UHGV virus genome: UHGV-0219058
Strand: one strand, 5' to 3'
DNA length: 41,698 bases
Source: a virus
The translations under genes were made by a program, and so were the position numbers. This document shows, piece after piece, positions 41,534 through 41,698 of this stretch; positions within the stretch are counted from its first letter, which is position 1; the number at the start of each line of letters is the position of its first letter. The notes under the pieces were generated by a model. The model was given only the letters and a program-made list of their open reading frames with translations. It ran no database searches and was not told the DNA's origin.

Positions 41534-41698
41534 ATGTGGATAGAGAAATTACCTAATGGTAAGTATAAATATTTCGAGAGATACCAAGACCCGTACACAG
41601 AGAAATTGAAGAGAGTATCAATAACATTAAATTCCAAGTCTAACCAAGCAAAAAAACAAGCGATTTTAGAATTGCAAGAAAAGATTGAAAAGGCTACT
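41534..41698 (+). CDS. int: Integrase N-terminus (3' partial, runs off the window end).
   Basis: MWIEKLPNGKYKYFERYQDPYTEKLKRVSITLNS... is a typical phage tyrosine-integrase N-terminal arm-binding domain. RBS AGGAGTGA 5 nt upstream. No stop before the window end. Confidence 0.75.
   Translation, partial: MWIEKLPNGKYKYFERYQDPYTEKLKRVSITLNSKSNQAKKQAILELQEKIEKAT

Larger units (their letters stand above)
1..41698. mobile_element. Temperate siphovirus-like phage genome, apparently complete and circularly permuted; lysogeny, replication, packaging, head, tail and lysis modules are all present.
   Basis: Contiguous phage gene order with no identifiable host genes. The integrase N-terminus at the window end and an in-frame 5'-truncated integrase at the window start are compatible with one gene that wraps around. 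Confidence 0.8.

Noticed and set aside
1-41698. CRISPR arrays, insertion sequences, rRNA.
   Set aside because: No regularly spaced short repeats, no transposase-like ORFs or terminal inverted repeats, and no rRNA-like segments were seen. The only repeats are the short motifs reported above.

Overview
The window looks like a complete, circularly permuted genome of a temperate siphovirus-type phage from a low-GC Firmicutes host. Its style is Lactobacillales/Enterococcus-like (ArpU-type late regulator, roughly 36% GC), but that host call is inference only. Almost every gene is on the minus strand and follows a classic modular order from right to left: cro, early accessory genes, recombination and replication genes (Sak-like SSAP, HNH-like, DnaD-like, DnaB-like helicase, VRR-NUC, SSB, YopX), ArpU late activator, an accessory island, TerS/TerL, portal, head genes, head-tail joining, major tail, the G/GT chaperone with a -1 frameshift, tape measure, Dit, Tal carrying SLT and M23 domains, a beta-helix tail fibre, a holin cassette and an amidase endolysin. 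On the plus strand are the CI-like S24 repressor and a tyrosine integrase that is split across the window end and start, plus three candidate lysogenic-conversion genes (two small proteins under a near-consensus promoter and a Wzy/O-antigen-ligase-like membrane protein) between the integrase and the endolysin. The most unusual feature is a roughly 650-nt ORF-free block of about 55-58% GC between ArpU and the accessory island (27062..27710). It is densely structured, carries two tRNA-like GGTTCGAATCC T-loop motifs and ends in an intrinsic terminator. I interpret it as a large structured non-coding RNA, possibly of the ROOL/GOLLD class of prophage-borne giant RNAs or a new relative. Next to it lies an unusual fusion of a LuxR/sigma-r4-type HTH with a calcineurin-like metallophosphoesterase, followed by three coupled small genes, all inserted between the late activator and the terminase. 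No CRISPR array and no canonical tRNA were found. All functional calls come from motif recognition by eye, without database searches.
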